This document shows positions 26,371-39,735 of a stretch of 64,000 nt of DNA, in pieces. The DNA is from Marsupella aquatica. Lineage: Eukaryota; Plantae; Marchantiophyta. Below the pieces are notes generated by a model. It was not told the origin of the DNA. It was given only the letters and a program-made list of their open reading frames with translations, and ran no database searches. The stretch is from NCBI GenBank assembly GCA_973895155.1, contig OZ316896.1, positions 9,135,539 to 9,199,538 on the forward strand. Reading direction: 5' to 3'. The first letter of the stretch is position 1; each line of letters starts with the position of its first letter. Made by a program: the position numbers and the translations under genes.

Positions 26371-27459
26371 CACGTATCTCCTGCACGTCAGTCTCCAAAT
26401 CTGCAAAACAAACTAAACAAATGAAACCCTGACAAGAACGGCGTCACGGTCAAACCCACATTGAAGAAGTTCTCAACAAATATTCCAGCCCCTAGAAAAA
26501 CAACGTACTATTACAGCTAGACACAAAAGTTAAACCTGGACGGACTCGTGCACATCGATGAGGACCCATTTTAGATTGCATCGAGTCAACAAATGAGCCA
26601 ATAAGGCAGTGGACAATAAAATGCGCGAAGTCGAATAATCAGCAATTCACTGTCACCACGGGTAACTAAACTCAACGTAACGCGAGACAAAACCCATTGA
26701 CGAAGAATGGCATTCCGACGACAACAACTCCTCATTGGTTCGTACATATCATTCAACTCAACAGACCAGCCACTACGCGATTGTAGTGCGCACAGGCTGC
26801 TGCACCGAGCGGTAAAAGCACCAACCAGCTCACTGCCACAACCGTCGCTGAACACACAGGGCAAGGCAAAACCCTAGACCGGGGCTACAATTACGACGAT
26901 GCCGGATCTCTCGCTATTCATCGTTAATCTCTCATCTTTAATCGCTATCTGAATCAACCGGCCCATCAAGCACCCAATCAATCGACCCAATCAATCGACC
27001 CAATCAAGCAATGAGCCAACCTGCCCGAGGAACGCCCGATCGATTGCCCTATGCAATTTTGACTCATAACTGCCAAGACAAAGAAATCAGCACTGGATTC
27101 GAGACCCACCTTTCAGCTCTCTCGCAACTCAACTGTCTTCGCTTCTTCGTTTCAATTTCCAGGGTCGATTGACCGATTCTCCTCCAATGTAGCCGCTCCC
27201 TTTCCTTTCCTCTTCACGAAACTGTGATGTCAACCTCCTCCGCTCAGCTCACGACCTGATGCAAAGCAGAGCAAAGCAATACAACAGTCTTGTCGTCCGA
27301 CTCCGCTGCGGGTTTTCTCACAAGTGGGAAGAGGACCCACCAACAACCTCCGACGAGGAACAGACTGGTGGAGCACCAAAGCAATTGACTATTATTACGG
27401 TAGTGCAGCTCTTTGGAGTTCTTCACTTGCGTCTCAGGTTTTGGGATGTTTCTCATCGG

Positions 27460-28200
27460 CCTCACTAACTTGTCCCTCGAGTACGAAAATCCTTTGTTTG
27501 CCTGCACATCTTTGTCCGCGTATACCGTGTCTAGGTGCATCCTCCCTCGAAGAAAGGCCATGCACTTAGGGTGGCTTTAGAAGAACTTGGGGGCTGCACT
27601 TCCTTTCTTTTCTATGTATGAGATGAGATGTCCTCACTAACTGGTCCCTCGAGTACGAAAATCCTTTGTTTGTCTGCACTTCTTTGTCCGAGTATACCGT
27701 GTCTAGGTACATCCTCCCTGGAAGAAAGGCCGACCATTCACTTAGGGAGGCTTTAAAAGAACTTGGGGGCTGCACTTCCTTTCTTTTCTACGTATGAGAT
27801 GCAATCTAGCCATTCATATGTGAGGACAGACCACATGATGCAATCCTAGCCATTCATATGTGGGAACAGGCCACATGATACAATCCTAGCCGTTTGTATG
27901 TGGGAACAGGCAACATTTCACTTTACATGAACTTGGGAGCACAATGAAGCAAAATTATTACCTAACCTAGTCATCTGTCAATGGGCCAATTGTGGGTCCC
28001 TTTTATTCTCTGATGTCACGTGCATGTTATTTTGTTAAAAACTTAGGGCCGCTTTAGGAGAACTTGGGGCAGTTTCTCTTTTTCTATGTGTGAGATGCAA
28101 TCCTAGCCATTCATATGTGAGAACAGGCCACACTTCACTTTACATGAACTTCGGGGCACAATCCAGCAAAATGATTACCTAACCTAGTCATTTGTGAGTG
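27460..28200. repeat. Compound tandem repeats (about 172 bp unit x2, then about 40 bp gatgcaatcctagccattcatatgtg units)
   Basis: cctcactaact.gtccctcgagtacgaaaatcctttgtttg at about 27460 and 27632; caatc(c)tagcc at about 27800, 27840, 27880 and 28097. Confidence 0.8.
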
Positions 28201-28844
28201 GGACCCGTGGTTCTTTTTTTTTTTGCTGTTGTGTGCATGATTTTTTGTTCAAAAACTGAGACCTCACCTTGAGGTGGTCTAAAAGACTTGAGCAACCACC
28301 CTTTTCTTTTTTGCTGATGTGTGCATGCTTTTTTGTCAAAACCTTAGACCTCGTCTTGAGGTGGTCGGAGAAAATGGCAGCTTTGTTTGAGAGAATTCCA
28401 TTATTACTTTCAGACTGACACTTTTTGGCTCAGGTATTTGAACTTTTGCGCGTGGAAATGACCATCAAGTTTGTTTTGGATGGAGAAACATTGAACAACC
28501 CCCTTTATACCTCTTCTTGAGGTGGTCTAGAAAATTGGAGCAAACTACGGCTTCTTTTCAGGGAAATGCATTCATTACTTCAGACCTGATACATTTTGGT
28601 CAAGCCATTTTAACTTGTGTGTAAGTGGCCATCAGCTTTGCTTTGGATGGAGAGACAATGAACTGCCCAAGCGTCTTGTGAGGCCCTTGTCTTGTAAAGG
28701 GGGGAGCTTTTGAGCCAACTTGCATGTTTGGCCATACCTTTCCTGACCCTCTAAGTGCCCTTATGATTTTTCACGTTGTATTTTATGAGGCATCTTGGAG
28801 CATAATGCCCTTGAGAAGATTGGGATCATCTCTTTAGAAAGATT

Positions 28845-29188
28845 TGTTGAGCATAGACGACATTCGCAACGGCAAGCTCATGAACCATCCAACGCACAAT
28901 AGTCGACACAGAGAGATACGTGGTTCACCTCCACATGAGGCTACGTCCACGGGAACACACAAGAGCTTTACTGCACTCTAGGTCAACCGGCCATACCAAG
29001 CATCCACAGCACAAGCTCTCCCTATCTCTCAACTAGCTCCGTAACAATGAGCCTAAGTTCCACCAGGGTCTAGCATTAGCCCTGGCTATATGCACAACAG
29101 CACTACCGCTAACATTAGCTAAGTCCTAACCCGAGTTAGACTAACTGTGGTTAGCTCATGAGTCACAAGACTAGAGCAATATCTAACA
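28845..29188 (-). repeat. 3' LTR of the copia element (344 bp)
   Basis: tgttgagcatagacg...gagcaatatctaaca; about 12 substitutions and one 12-bp indel relative to the 5' LTR (manual count). Confidence 0.95.
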
Positions 29189-29200
29189 AACTCCCCCTTG
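29189..29200 (-). promoter_or_regulatory. Polypurine tract of the copia element
   Basis: aactccccctt on the plus strand reads AAGGGGGAGTT on the minus strand, next to the 3' LTR. Confidence 0.9.
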
Positions 29201-29395
29201 ACTCTTGTCTTGGGGACTGAACTAAATGCTACCATATGGAATCCTCAGCGGGAAGTTCTAGACAATCACCAAACCAGGTCTCCCCCTAAAAACCACAAGG
29301 GTTAACTAAGGGTTAACTAGAACTAAGCCGTAGCCTAACAGGAATGAGTAATCCATATACAAATAGTCACACATTGTTAAATAACTCTACTTGCA

Positions 29396-30896
29396 CTACA
29401 ACTGCAAAACTTGCAAAGTAGCACGCTGTCTTGAGAAACTCTCCAAAGGAATCACTTTGGTAAAGGCATCGGCACGATTGAGCTTTCCATCAATCTTGAC
29501 TAGCTCAAAAGTTTTATCAGACACTGCTTGCCTGATAAAATGGTACCTGATATCAATGTGCTTCACCCTGCTATCCATCACCTGGTTAGTAGCCAAGTGA
29601 AGAGCACTCTAACTATCATAGTTTAGAGTCATTTTGCCATGCTCTAAACCCATCTCCGCGATCAACTTATCCAACCAAATTGCTTCCTTTGTTGCTTCTG
29701 CTGCTGCAACATACTCTGCTTCTGTAGTAGACTGAGATATACACTTCTGCAAGGTAGATTTCCAACTGATACATCCTCCTCCAAGAGTAAATGCAAACCC
29801 AGTTGTAGACCTCCTTGTATCCAGACAGCCTCCATAGTCAGAATCTACATAGCCAACTAACGTTCTATTTGATCTTTTATCAAATAGTAATCCATAGTCA
29901 TGTGTACCCTTGAGATACCTGAGAATCCACTTCACAGCTTCCCAATGTACCTTCCCTGGATTTGACATGAATCTGCTAACCTTGCCCATCGCTAGGGCCA
30001 AGTAAGGCCTAGTACAAGTCATCAAATACATCAGACTTCCTACTGCCTTCTCATAAGGAATCTTAGTCATTAGACCTTTCTCCACAGTATCTATAGGAGA
30101 GAAAGCCAATGATAACTTGAAATATGAAGCTAAAGGAACACTCACTGGCTTACAGTTCTCCATGTTGAATCATGCAAGTACTTTTCTCGCATACTGGCCT
30201 TGACTCAAGCACAACTATCCAGTCTCAGAGTTCCTAAAAATCTCCATCCCTAAGATCCTCTTGGCCTTACCAAGATCCTTCATCCTGAATTCAACACTCA
30301 ATTTTTTCTTGAGACTGTCAACCTCAGATTGATCTTTAGCCACAATTAGCATGTCATTTACATAGATCACCAGAATGATGAAACCAAATACATCATTCTT
30401 GACTGATTTCGTATACACACAAAGATCATACACCATCCTTGTAAAACCTTGAGCAAGCATGAAATTATCAAACCGCTTGTTCCATTATCTGGGAGACTGC
30501 TTCAATCCATACAAGGACTTGAGCAATCTGCAAACTAAGTTCTCTTGGCCCTTCTTCATAAAGCCTAGTGGCTGTCTCATGAAGATCAACTCTTCCAAGT
30601 TTCCATAGAGAAAAGCAGTAACAACATCCATCTGATCCATCACCAGACCAAAAAACACAACAAGCTGACACAAGATCCGTATTGTGGAATACTTAGCCAC
30701 CGGTGAAAAGACCTCATTGTAGTCCACTCCTTTCTCCTGAGTGAACCCCTTGGTAACAAGCCTTGCCTTGTAGATCTTATCTCCACCCTCTGAAGGACTG
30801 TCCTTCAACTTGTAAATCCACTTGCTGTCCACCACTTGCTGACCTCTTGGAAGCTCCACCAGCTCCCATGTCTTGTTGTCACTCAAAGATTGCAAC
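29396..30896 (-). pseudogene. Copia pol, RT-RNase H part, with nonsense mutations
   Basis: One frame with stops. Motifs: NKTWELV, KWIYK, KARLV.KGF.Q..GVDY.E.FSPV, QMDVVTAFL, LLKSLYGLKQSPR, YVND (decayed YVDD), GYVDSDYGG, STTEAEY, KHIDIRYHFIR. Confidence 0.95.
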
Positions 30897-31818
30897 CCCT
30901 GGGCCCTCACTCTGTATATATTAAGTGAACCCCCCTGAGAACAGACCCCCCCTTGTACCCCCTCTTAATATTTTTTTCCATTAAACTATTCCTTGTTAAT
31001 ATAAAAATATTAATTTTTGCTATTAAATTTTACCCTTATGTAACTTATAAAAGGGTCTTTCAGGTAATTGAAATTATCCTTGACTTTTTAAAATTATGAA
31101 TATCATATAAACATGCAAACTACTCAGAAACATATATTATGTGTAATGATGTTATTTTGTATAAGAAACCTGATGTGGGTACAAGTTTTATATAGATTAA
31201 CAAAATTAACACCAGATAATTATAGTATCGCTGGTTGCTCATAAACATGTACTAATTAAATAGCACTAGAATGCTCTACTACACTGTAAGAATAATTGCA
31301 AGTATACTATTGCATATGCATGGATACTATTGTGTATGCATGATTGTATACTATTGCTAAATTATTCTATTATAAACTAAACATGATTCTCAGTCGAGTC
31401 TGTAAAGATCTCCCTGACTCAAGTAAAGTTCTGTTTGACTCAAGTAAAGTTCCCCATGATCATGACTAAGCATGATGATCACTGTGAAGTCACTAACTCA
31501 AATACATTTCTTGGCAGCTTCTTTTGTACCTGATACATCAAACTACACATTAGTAACTGATTTTGGACCATACTCATTACACAAGAAAATCATTACTGAG
31601 AAATATGAGAGTAATACCGTTAGGTCTTCTTTGGCTGAATTGTTACTTAGACATGCTGGGTAATTTCTCTGTTATCTCTGCAATCAAAAAATTGATTGAA
31701 ATGTCAAAGGCATTATCAAAACGTCTATTCAAAAGCTTTTCATACCAATTATATACTTAAAAGGTACATGCAATAACCAGGCAATAACTATGACAATTGC
31801 TTACCATGTTATATAAGA

Positions 31819-34800
31819 TTAAAGACTTTTGTTTCTGGCAAAATTATCAAGAGAAACTGCATCATCTGGATGCAATTGAAAAACTCCTGGGCATAGTGGA
31901 TCCACTGTCAAGTGAACTGTTGATATAACACAGTCCAAATCGATAAATTGTGGATCACACACATTGTAGGCAAATTTATGCCTACTAGTTCCAATTGGAG
32001 AAAACCATTGGAACATAATTTTACATGCCTCCTCACCACCAGGCCTATCAAGCAAATCAGCAAATCCAATTCACCTCTTGCTCTGTCTTGTTTCCCACCA
32101 TATTTTTTGTATATACTTTGTATTTTGCCTATCCACCACATATATTTTGGTGTTGTATTTGAAGACATTATAACAGTTGCACCTCTAGGCCTCTTTGGAT
32201 TTGGAACAAGATCATCTGATCTACTGCCACTTCTCTTTCCTCGTCCTTTTCCTCTCAATGTTCGTGAAATTGCCTTTGAACTTCTGGTTTCAGGAACACT
32301 GTATGTATCATCCAAAAATAATACGCCACAGTGAACCTACTGTAACAAACATTGTTTGGGCACCTGCCCTCACATTGGGTTTGTCCACTAAATTGTTGAA
32401 GTAGTGATTTTGCTTTATCCGGGTCAATCTGTCTTTACTTAGGAGAGGGTTGAGAGTCAACTGGCTAACCAAAGTACTTTTGTAAATGGATCGATTTTGG
32501 TATTCTACTGTTGGCTTCACATCTTGTCTTGCTGCTCCATATATCAAGTCAGAATGCATGATCCCCATGGTGGCCTCCATTTGAGCAGCAACTCCCTCTA
32601 CATTTGGGTCTGCATATATCAAAAGTTGTTTTGTTGGGACAGGAGACTCAGAGTCCTCTTCTGCAACTTCTGTTGGAACTGATGAGGATGCAGGCTCATG
32701 AGAGGTGGTTTCACTTTCCTCAGATTCCTCCACATCTGCCCCTCCATCTGCTAATGTATCAACATTCACATCACACCAACTACCAAACTTGACCCCTTTA
32801 GCCTCCATCTTCCATGGGGAATTCCACCACACCTTGTCTCTACAGGATGTGGAAGGGTTCATTTGTAACTCAGTGCATGCATTTTGGGCAAGTTGAAGAC
32901 CTTCTTGCAGAGCAATCACTATTTCTCCATTTGTTTCAATCCTGCATAGTCCATTTGATCTGCTACAGTAGGAATCCTTGCTGGGATTGTAGTAAGCTTC
33001 ATCCAAATGTTTTCATGTTTTTTGTGGCTCTTCCCTGCACCCATCATTCCTTCAGCCAGATCCATTGCAGCCAATCGATTTCGATTGGTAGCACATTCTA
33101 CTAACTCAGCCAAGTCATAACTTCGCTCATGACCATTCATACCTCCTACAACAGAAAAAAACTGCTCACAAGCATCTGACCCAGTCAAATACAATGGTAT
33201 TGGAAGGTGTCGAAAATTGTCCCTGAATTGGATTACCAACAGGACCACAAAATGAACTGACATCGAATGTCAAGGAAACTTTGCATGGGAATGCAATTTT
33301 TTGTGAAACTGATTGGTTGTGTATGCCCTCCCACAAAATGGTTTCCATGAAAGCACCATTGACGCCATAGTCTAAAAAAAATCCAACCTTCCCACAATGG
33401 ACAATCCTTTGTCACAAACTCAGACTAGTATTCAGAAATATATCAATGTAGTCTGCACATATCCTAGTGTAAACTTCTGTCCCAAGAGTCTGTTCAACTC
33501 TTGCATCACCACGTTGACGAAGCATTCGTAAGGAGGACTGTACTTTGCGGCTACAGAGACGTTGTGCACTAGCCCAATTTTGCCTATCTTTCCTTGACTT
33601 GTCCTCTTCATTCAAGCCATGATCACTGTTCAGGTACACCTTGTAACAAGATATGATGTGACTCAAGTTCGCCATTTCTGCTCCTAATTTCAAAATACGA
33701 GAAGTCTAATGGGTTCACTAACTTCTTCCCATTATGAATAAAATCTTGATCATGGAGTCCATATGTGTGGATCAATGGTCCAGCAGTGGTCATAGAGTGA
33801 GTCAATGTCCAAGCTTCCCACCTCAGGTCCTGTCTTGGCCCTGGTATTCCATTTCCAGAGTAGTCTTCCAGCATAAGCTTTCTCCTCCGTGCATCCCCAT
33901 CGCTGGCATGACCCAATAATGGTCCCACTGACTCTAGGCAATGAGTTGTCCACAGTGAGGCTAGGTTATTCCATTGTCGCCTGACCCATGGAGCATCAAA
34001 CTTGTTGCATGTACCCATCCCTAATATGCACAATCGAGGGAATCCAATAACAAGGGCATTTACTATCAAGCACCTTGCCTGGTGAGCTACAACATAATTG
34101 TCAAATGCATCTGCAATGTTGTTGAAACCAACTTCTCCTTCCCCCACCATGATCTCCAAACCAACACTACACTCATGGTTGGTTTTTGTCCCACAAAATC
34201 CAAGAAGAGTATCATGTTTAGGCAGCCATCTGCAACCAATAGCAGGTAGTCTTTTCATTAGTTGTTTGTTCAATATTTTTGTGTAACACAAAAATATTAA
34301 ACAGAAAGAATGACCAGAGCAAGAGGAGGCATGAGTAGTCACCTCACAGTTCTCTTCACACAAGTCTCGTCCTCTGCCAAATAGCATGGAATGGGTCCAT
34401 GTATATTCAATCGAGCTTTCAATTTGGAAAAAATTTCCGCAACAAACTGGAATTGCTCTGCATGAATTCCAGCACGAAACACTGCCATACCTCTCCTATC
34501 TCGTTGAAGGGTGTTGATAGTAGGACCAATTCCATTGGTTGCAAGACAATCAACTACACGCCTTCCACCATGTAAAAATAGTGTTTGACAAAGAAGCTTT
34601 GTTCCAGGCTTAAAACGATATCCTGTCTTCTCCCTATTGATGTTCTGTGCTATGTCTGACAACATATCCCACAGAGCTCCTCTCCCACCAAAGGCACCTC
34701 GTTTGTGTGCTAGTATTATAGAATGACAGAATTTCAAAACAATTGCCTTGTTTGGTTCTTGATAGTGAGACACACTTCACTAATGTTGGGGACCAGAGCC

Positions 34801-36528
34801 TTTGCCATGAGTAGCTTGTGACTCAAGATTCTCTGCAATTTTCGCTCTCTCAAAATTTGGTTCCTGTAACTTTTAGCTTGGTACTGGACCTCTGGAATAG
34901 TCAGATAGTCTAAGCGCCTACCTTTACCAGTTGTTCTCCCGGTTGTTCTACAACCTCGTTTCTCAAGAGCTTTGTACTCCCTGTAAACTCTGAGTCGAAA
35001 GTCCTGCTCTGTTTTTATGCTAAAACAGAGCGAACAGGTCAAGTCAATAAACCCTCCACCAAGTTTTGATATTCGCCTACATTCTCTATGTCTAAATAAA
35101 CCAGAGATCACAGAGGTTTCTTGAGTTGTCAAACACCACACCTCTGCCCTCACTATGGGCTCTGCATACCAATTCCCATCTAATTTCAGTTGATCATTTA
35201 AGATTTCCTTGATAGGCCTGGTATCTGAACCATATTTCACCACATCACGCCAGAGACCCCAACATAGCAAAGAGAGATTGTCAAGAGTACCTTTGTCTTT
35301 TGAACTAGAACTGGAAGCTCCTCCAGTTGAGGGGCGAGTTAAGAACCCATCTATTTTCTGTTGTTTCACATCTCTTCCATCTGGTGCACGAGGTCTCCCT
35401 GGCCTTCCACTATGCACTGGATTGCCCATTGCAGGCCTTTGACTTCTCATGACATAATTAAGATGACTCAAGCCTCCCACATGGGCTTCCAGATTTGTTT
35501 CCAAATTGCGTTGTTTTGGAATCAATGTCAGGTTTTCAGCACAAAACTCACAACGAAGTTTGAACTTGACCAACTCTACAGGCTCTTTGTCCACATCACC
35601 TATTACAGTAAATGTATCATGCCCGACAAGCCCACCAACAATCTGTGCTGAGTTAATCTTCTCCACAATCTTGACATGTTGATCAAGTATGGCTCTATCA
35701 TTCAGAGTACTAGTCAGCCCTTTGAGCAATCACTCTATGATCCACTTTCTCACCCCTGTTAGATGCTACACGTCGAGCATACTTTTTTGATGGCAAGTGT
35801 TTCACTCTGAAGTTTGTAAACACATTATTGACCATAGTTTTATCCACACCCTTGACACTGCTACATGCAACTGCTTGATATCTGTAGTCACATTCGCAAC
35901 ACTCAATATGCCCACGAGGCACACCATCCTTGTCCCACGTTGTGACTTTCCATTTGTGGTCCACACACTTAAGAAAAGTCATCCACTCTCTCAACTTTGT
36001 CACAGAAGTCTCCCATGCTATCTTTAAGTCCTGAGACATCAATACAGAGTCTAGGCTCACTTGAGACTCAGTGGATTGGGCTCCACCTGCAGGCTGATCC
36101 TCCTGGGATGAAGCACTTGCAGGCTGGGTCTCCTGGAATGGAGCTCCACTTGCAGGCTGGTTAGAGGGTTCATCTATTGCAGGAGTACCAACTTGGTCTC
36201 CAGTAGATGTGCTACCCCCATTGGATGCATGGCTGCTTCCAAGGACTTGTTGTGCCCCATTTTGTACATCTCCTTGGACAAAATTGTTGGGGCATTTTGG
36301 GACAATGACAATCTTTCCACCACAATCCTCTACTAGATTATACCTCTCAAATTTCTCCAACATTCTACAAGCAAGGTTGACGTCCATGAAATGGAACTCA
36401 AAGTCAAACCCTGACTCCAAGTTCTTTCTAGCATCATAAAAGGTTTCACCTATCTTGTAGCTATATGATGTCAAGGGTTTACGTTCCCCTAACTCTGAGT
36501 CTGCTTGAAATATAGTGGCAGGCGGCAT
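31819..36528 (-). pseudogene. Large (about 1500 aa) P-like DDE transposase, frameshifted, one GT-AG intron (34342-34230)
   Basis: Overlapping minus-strand ORFs 36528>35729>34773>34229>33693>33415>33263>33006>32315>32055 join into one protein. Motifs in order: LAEDET (D1), HASDGD (D2), DQDFIHNGKKLVN (DxxH), DRQNWASAQRLCS, GSDACEQFFS (E). N-terminal CxxC...H zinc-finger-like motifs and GRPGRP. Confidence 0.8.
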
Positions 36529-37217
36529 CCTCTATGTCCCACGTTTAATTCCCTATCCAATTGACATATGCCAAGGGCATAGGCCTGCAAACAGAACACA
36601 ACACAAGAAAGAAACACCACAATCAAAATGGACTCAATCAGAGCAACACAGACAGTTATCTATTACTTTGTAAACCCACAAACTCATCCAATGACAACAA
36701 CATAGGGATTTATGAAGATCTGGTGCCCTACAAGTAACCTAAGGAAGCCCATCTGTCAAGACCGCATCCACCAGACCAATTTCACAAGAGCCTTGCTCCA
36801 TCCCGGCCATTTCTCATGGTGATTGGCTTGTAAAAGATCCATTGCAGCTTTCTCCTTTCGGGTGGGAAGGGACATACCCTTTGCATGCAAGGACTCTGGT
36901 TTGAGTGTAAGCACAAGAGAGAGTGGGATCTACACATGGCCGCTTCAGTTTGTCCCAAAATAGCTTGTCCTAGAAGAGCTTGTCCCAATTGAGCTTGTCC
37001 CAGTTTGTGCTTGGTCCATGTGCAGTCGAGGCCAGGCCCATCACTCCAATCTCTCTCCTCGACATGTGCAATGGGCTGTTTGGAATTTATTTACTCACAG
37101 ACTTGCTCAGAGAGGCTGGACCTTGCTTGAATAGTGACATCCCTTGGACAACCATACCCTATGGCTAGGCTCTAAGTAGTCCTTCCCCCCCACTTCCAGG
37201 CTACCTGCACCTGCTTT

Positions 37218-37455
37218 GCCTCCAAGGAGCGCTAGATTGCCAGGGATGAAATCTGGCAGTCTCCATTGAGGGCATTACTTCCCCAATGGTCTCCTTGGAT
37301 TTGATGGGCCCTGCAAACAATCCTAGATCTACAGCTCGCCTCCAAGGAGCGCTAGATTGCCAGGGATGAAATCTAGCAATCTCCACTGAGGGCATTACTT
37401 CCCCAGTGGTCCCCTTGGATTTGATGGAACCTGCAAACAATCCTATATCTATAGC
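37218..37455. repeat. 120-bp tandem duplication inside the transposon cargo
   Basis: gcctccaaggagcgctagattgccagggatgaaatct...cctgcaaacaatccta starts at 37218 and 37338. Confidence 0.9.
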
Positions 37456-38989
37456 AAAAAGACAAAGCCTAACTCACAGAACCTGAAAAGAAATGCTTAC
37501 CTGAGCAAAGCACACAGAGCCCTGTTTGTTAAAGCCACACAAGAGCGACAAAAAATAGGAATGCACAGATCAAATGAAAGTAGCAAAGACAGCAAGAAGT
37601 ACCAGTGATTCTCCACTCACCTATGTATTTGCAAAGGCTGCTTCAAAGGCAGCTAAATCCACCTTGCGTCTAGCCCACCACAAACCTGCTCCTGACAACG
37701 AACAATGAACGATCAAATAAGTCAATGTGCTCACTTGACTAGACCATCCAACCTTCTTATTTCACTATTAATTGCTTTAGGGGGATGTAGGAGGAGTTCA
37801 ACACAAACAGTAGGCAGGACAAGAAACAACAGTCATATCCATGCATTGACGCGGAGCTGCTGGACCAGAAATACTTCTCGCAAGTCTCACCAAACTACAC
37901 ATGTACTGCTGTATCCATGCCACATACTATGGAGAAGATACTTTAAACACTACTTAGTATCAACACTAGACTCAGATATGGGACTCGGGACCAAAGCTGT
38001 GGAACAATCAGATTTGTGTATTGGTGCACACAGCAAGGCAGAGCTCATTTTGGCCCCTCTCAATTGTACCTGTGTCGGTTGCAACAATAACGAGACAACA
38101 GCAGCAACAGCAACCAACAGCGCGATTTGTTTCGGGTTCTTCTAGTGTAATTGAAGAGGAGAGAGTGATAATTGTCTACAACAACAACAACCACCGCACC
38201 AGCGCCATTCTGTTTGGGTCTTGCTAATGTAATTGAATAGGAGAGAGGGATGATGCTCATGCGAGAGGAAAGCAGAAGCAGAAGAAGCAAAAGAAGCGGA
38301 AGAAGCGGAAGAAGGAAATCATTAATATCATTGTCCCATATTGTTCGGAAGCCTCATTTGTGATTCCAGTGAAAAGCAAAGCAAAAGAGTGTTGTTGAGT
38401 TGTTGAGAAAGGAGAGGAGTGAGGGTTCAAGAGAGGAGGGGAGGAATGGCCAGGCCGGAAGGAAATGGATGGAGTCGACGTCGTTGCAACAGGAGTTGTT
38501 GATGTTGCAGCGAGCATGCACCGGAAGATGGCTTACTGACACCGTTTCTGACGTCCTTTGTGCATGACGAGGGCATCATCGGTCGGAGCAGCACACGCTG
38601 TACAGTGTGGACCCTGAATCATAGGAGAAGCTCAAACTGATCCGTGCTTCTGAACACAAGACACTGGCTTACCGATCTCAGCATGGAGCTGGAGCTCAAG
38701 AAATGGAGAAGAATGTGCAGCGTAGTCAGGACTCGCAGAAAGCATATACACAATGATCGTCTTGATGCCATCTCGATGGAGAGCTGGTGAGCCTGGAGGA
38801 TTCAAGGTCTAATGTCAAACTCCCTCTAATTCTTTGGAGTGAAGCGTATTAGGGGTTGAAACGCCAAAAACTTGTCTATTCCGGGAGTATAGGGCTGTAA
38901 GTTGGCGGGAGTAAGAAGGCCAAAGATGTTCTTGAGGCGCAGACTTCTGAAGTGTGGAAGAGACACAATATCATGGCAATTATCAAATA

Positions 38990-39735
38990 TATGCTTCGAT
39001 CAAGAGATTGAAGAGCAACTACATACAGCTGAGGTCAAAACTTCGAGCAAAGCAGCCAGGGACAATTTGTTCTATATCCGGATCTGAAGCGTACGTAGTA
39101 CGATCTGTTGCAGGATGAATTAAAAGTCCATCAATTTTCCGCTGGGAAACATACTAGCAAGATTAACCAATCGACTGCAGCAAGAAGAGAAACAAAGAAA
39201 GTCTGAAATGACGACACTGCAAGCAGTGGTCGGGGCACTGAAACAAGTTTAGATGTGAAGCCTTGTTTAAAAGCCAGAGAACTATATACTATAGGAGAAG
39301 CAGATATCCAATGTCAAGGCAATCATGAATATATGCTCAGCTAGTCTTCGGTCGGGGCACTGAAATAAGTCTTAATGAGAAGCCTTGTTTTGAATGAACC
39401 AGAGAAAGATGTGGTAAGGAGAAGATCAAACATCCAATGTCATGACAATCATGAACTATATGCTTCGATGAAGCAAAGAGCAGCTACGGACATCTGAGAT
39501 CAATATTTTGAACATGGCAGCTTGTCGCATTTATCGTCCTATATCCGGATCTGGAGCGTATCACGATCCGTTACAGGATGCATTATAAGTTGACCATATT
39601 CCTGATGGGAAACATACTAGCAAGATCAACCAATCACCCGCAGCAAGAAGAGAAACAAAGAAAGTATGACGACACGACAAGTAGTCTTTGGTCGCGCACT
39701 GAAATAAGTTTAATTAGACGAGAGGACTCTTTTGA
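38990..39735. repeat. Diverged tandem duplication (period about 470 bp) with about 120-bp sub-repeats inside the transposon cargo
   Basis: tatatccggatctg.agcgta...gggaaacatactagcaagat...gcagcaagaagagaaacaaagaaagt at about 39073 and 39540; ggtcg.gcactgaaa at about 39229, 39350 and 39690. Confidence 0.8.
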
